Assembly (NCBI GenBank): GCA_020059745.1
Contig: JAGVBK010000004.1
Location: forward strand, 306,511 to 370,510
Reading direction: 5' to 3'
DNA length: 64,000 nt
DNA from: Candidatus Shapirobacteria bacterium
GTDB lineage: Bacteria > Patescibacteriota > Microgenomatia > UM-FILTER-40-11
Part shown: positions 63,846 to 64,000 of the stretch, piece after piece
Position numbering within the stretch: position 1 is the first letter of the stretch
Layout: each line of letters begins with the position of its first letter
Translations under genes and position numbers: made by a program
The notes under the pieces: generated by a model
What the model was told of the DNA's origin: nothing
The model's database searches: none
The model's input: only the letters and a program-made list of their open reading frames with translations

Positions 63846-64000
63846 ATGATAAAAAGAGAAGAAGCCTTAGAGCTTATTGAAAGCAAGGTTGAAAACAAAA
63901 ACATTATTAAGCACATGATTGCCACCGAGGCTTTAATGGCCGGTGTTTATGATGAACTTGAAAAAAGAAGCAGAACAAAAGAAGAATTGGGAGGGAGCCG
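63846..64000 (+). CDS. HDIG/HD-domain protein, N-terminus (3' truncated)
   Basis: MIKREEALELIESKVENKNIIKHMIATEALM resembles the HD-domain hydrolase N-terminus. Confidence 0.6.
   Translation, partial: MIKREEALELIESKVENKNIIKHMIATEALMAGVYDELEKRSRTKEELGGS

Overview
AT-rich, gene-dense bacterial chromosome segment. Gene content and style suggest Patescibacteria/CPR, probably Microgenomates (inference, not a database result). The housekeeping backbone comprises secD/secF, a CCA-adding enzyme, recJ, a short Rel, archaeal-type aspS, gltX, typA/bipA, a DEAD-box helicase, efp-epmA, lon, greA and lysS. Two tRNA-anchored accessory regions interrupt it. (1) Downstream of tRNA-Gln(CTG), ~11.7-28.2 kb: a HEPN-motif orphan; a Type III R-M operon with an embedded membrane protein, an OLD-family nuclease and a Cas4-like nuclease; an HDAC-family protein; a divergent NDT-RHH regulator with a candidate operator facing an oxidoreductase / TPP enzyme / dTMP-kinase-like / unknown operon; and a promoter-and-terminator-bounded ~95-nt RNA with GNRA hairpins. 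(2) Next to tRNA-Glu(CTC), ~57.6-61.5 kb: a NUDIX-nucleotidyltransferase fusion, an APH-like kinase, an NMP-kinase-like protein and an unknown ORF. That tRNA is flanked by two related hairpin elements, one of which interrupts an orphan tRNA 3' half. The middle region holds a CsoR copper operon next to a lysyl-oxidase-family gene, and two secreted Asn/Gly-rich four-repeat proteins that look like an undescribed surface-fibre system. Many genes appear leaderless. No CRISPR array, rRNA, integrase or transposase was seen.
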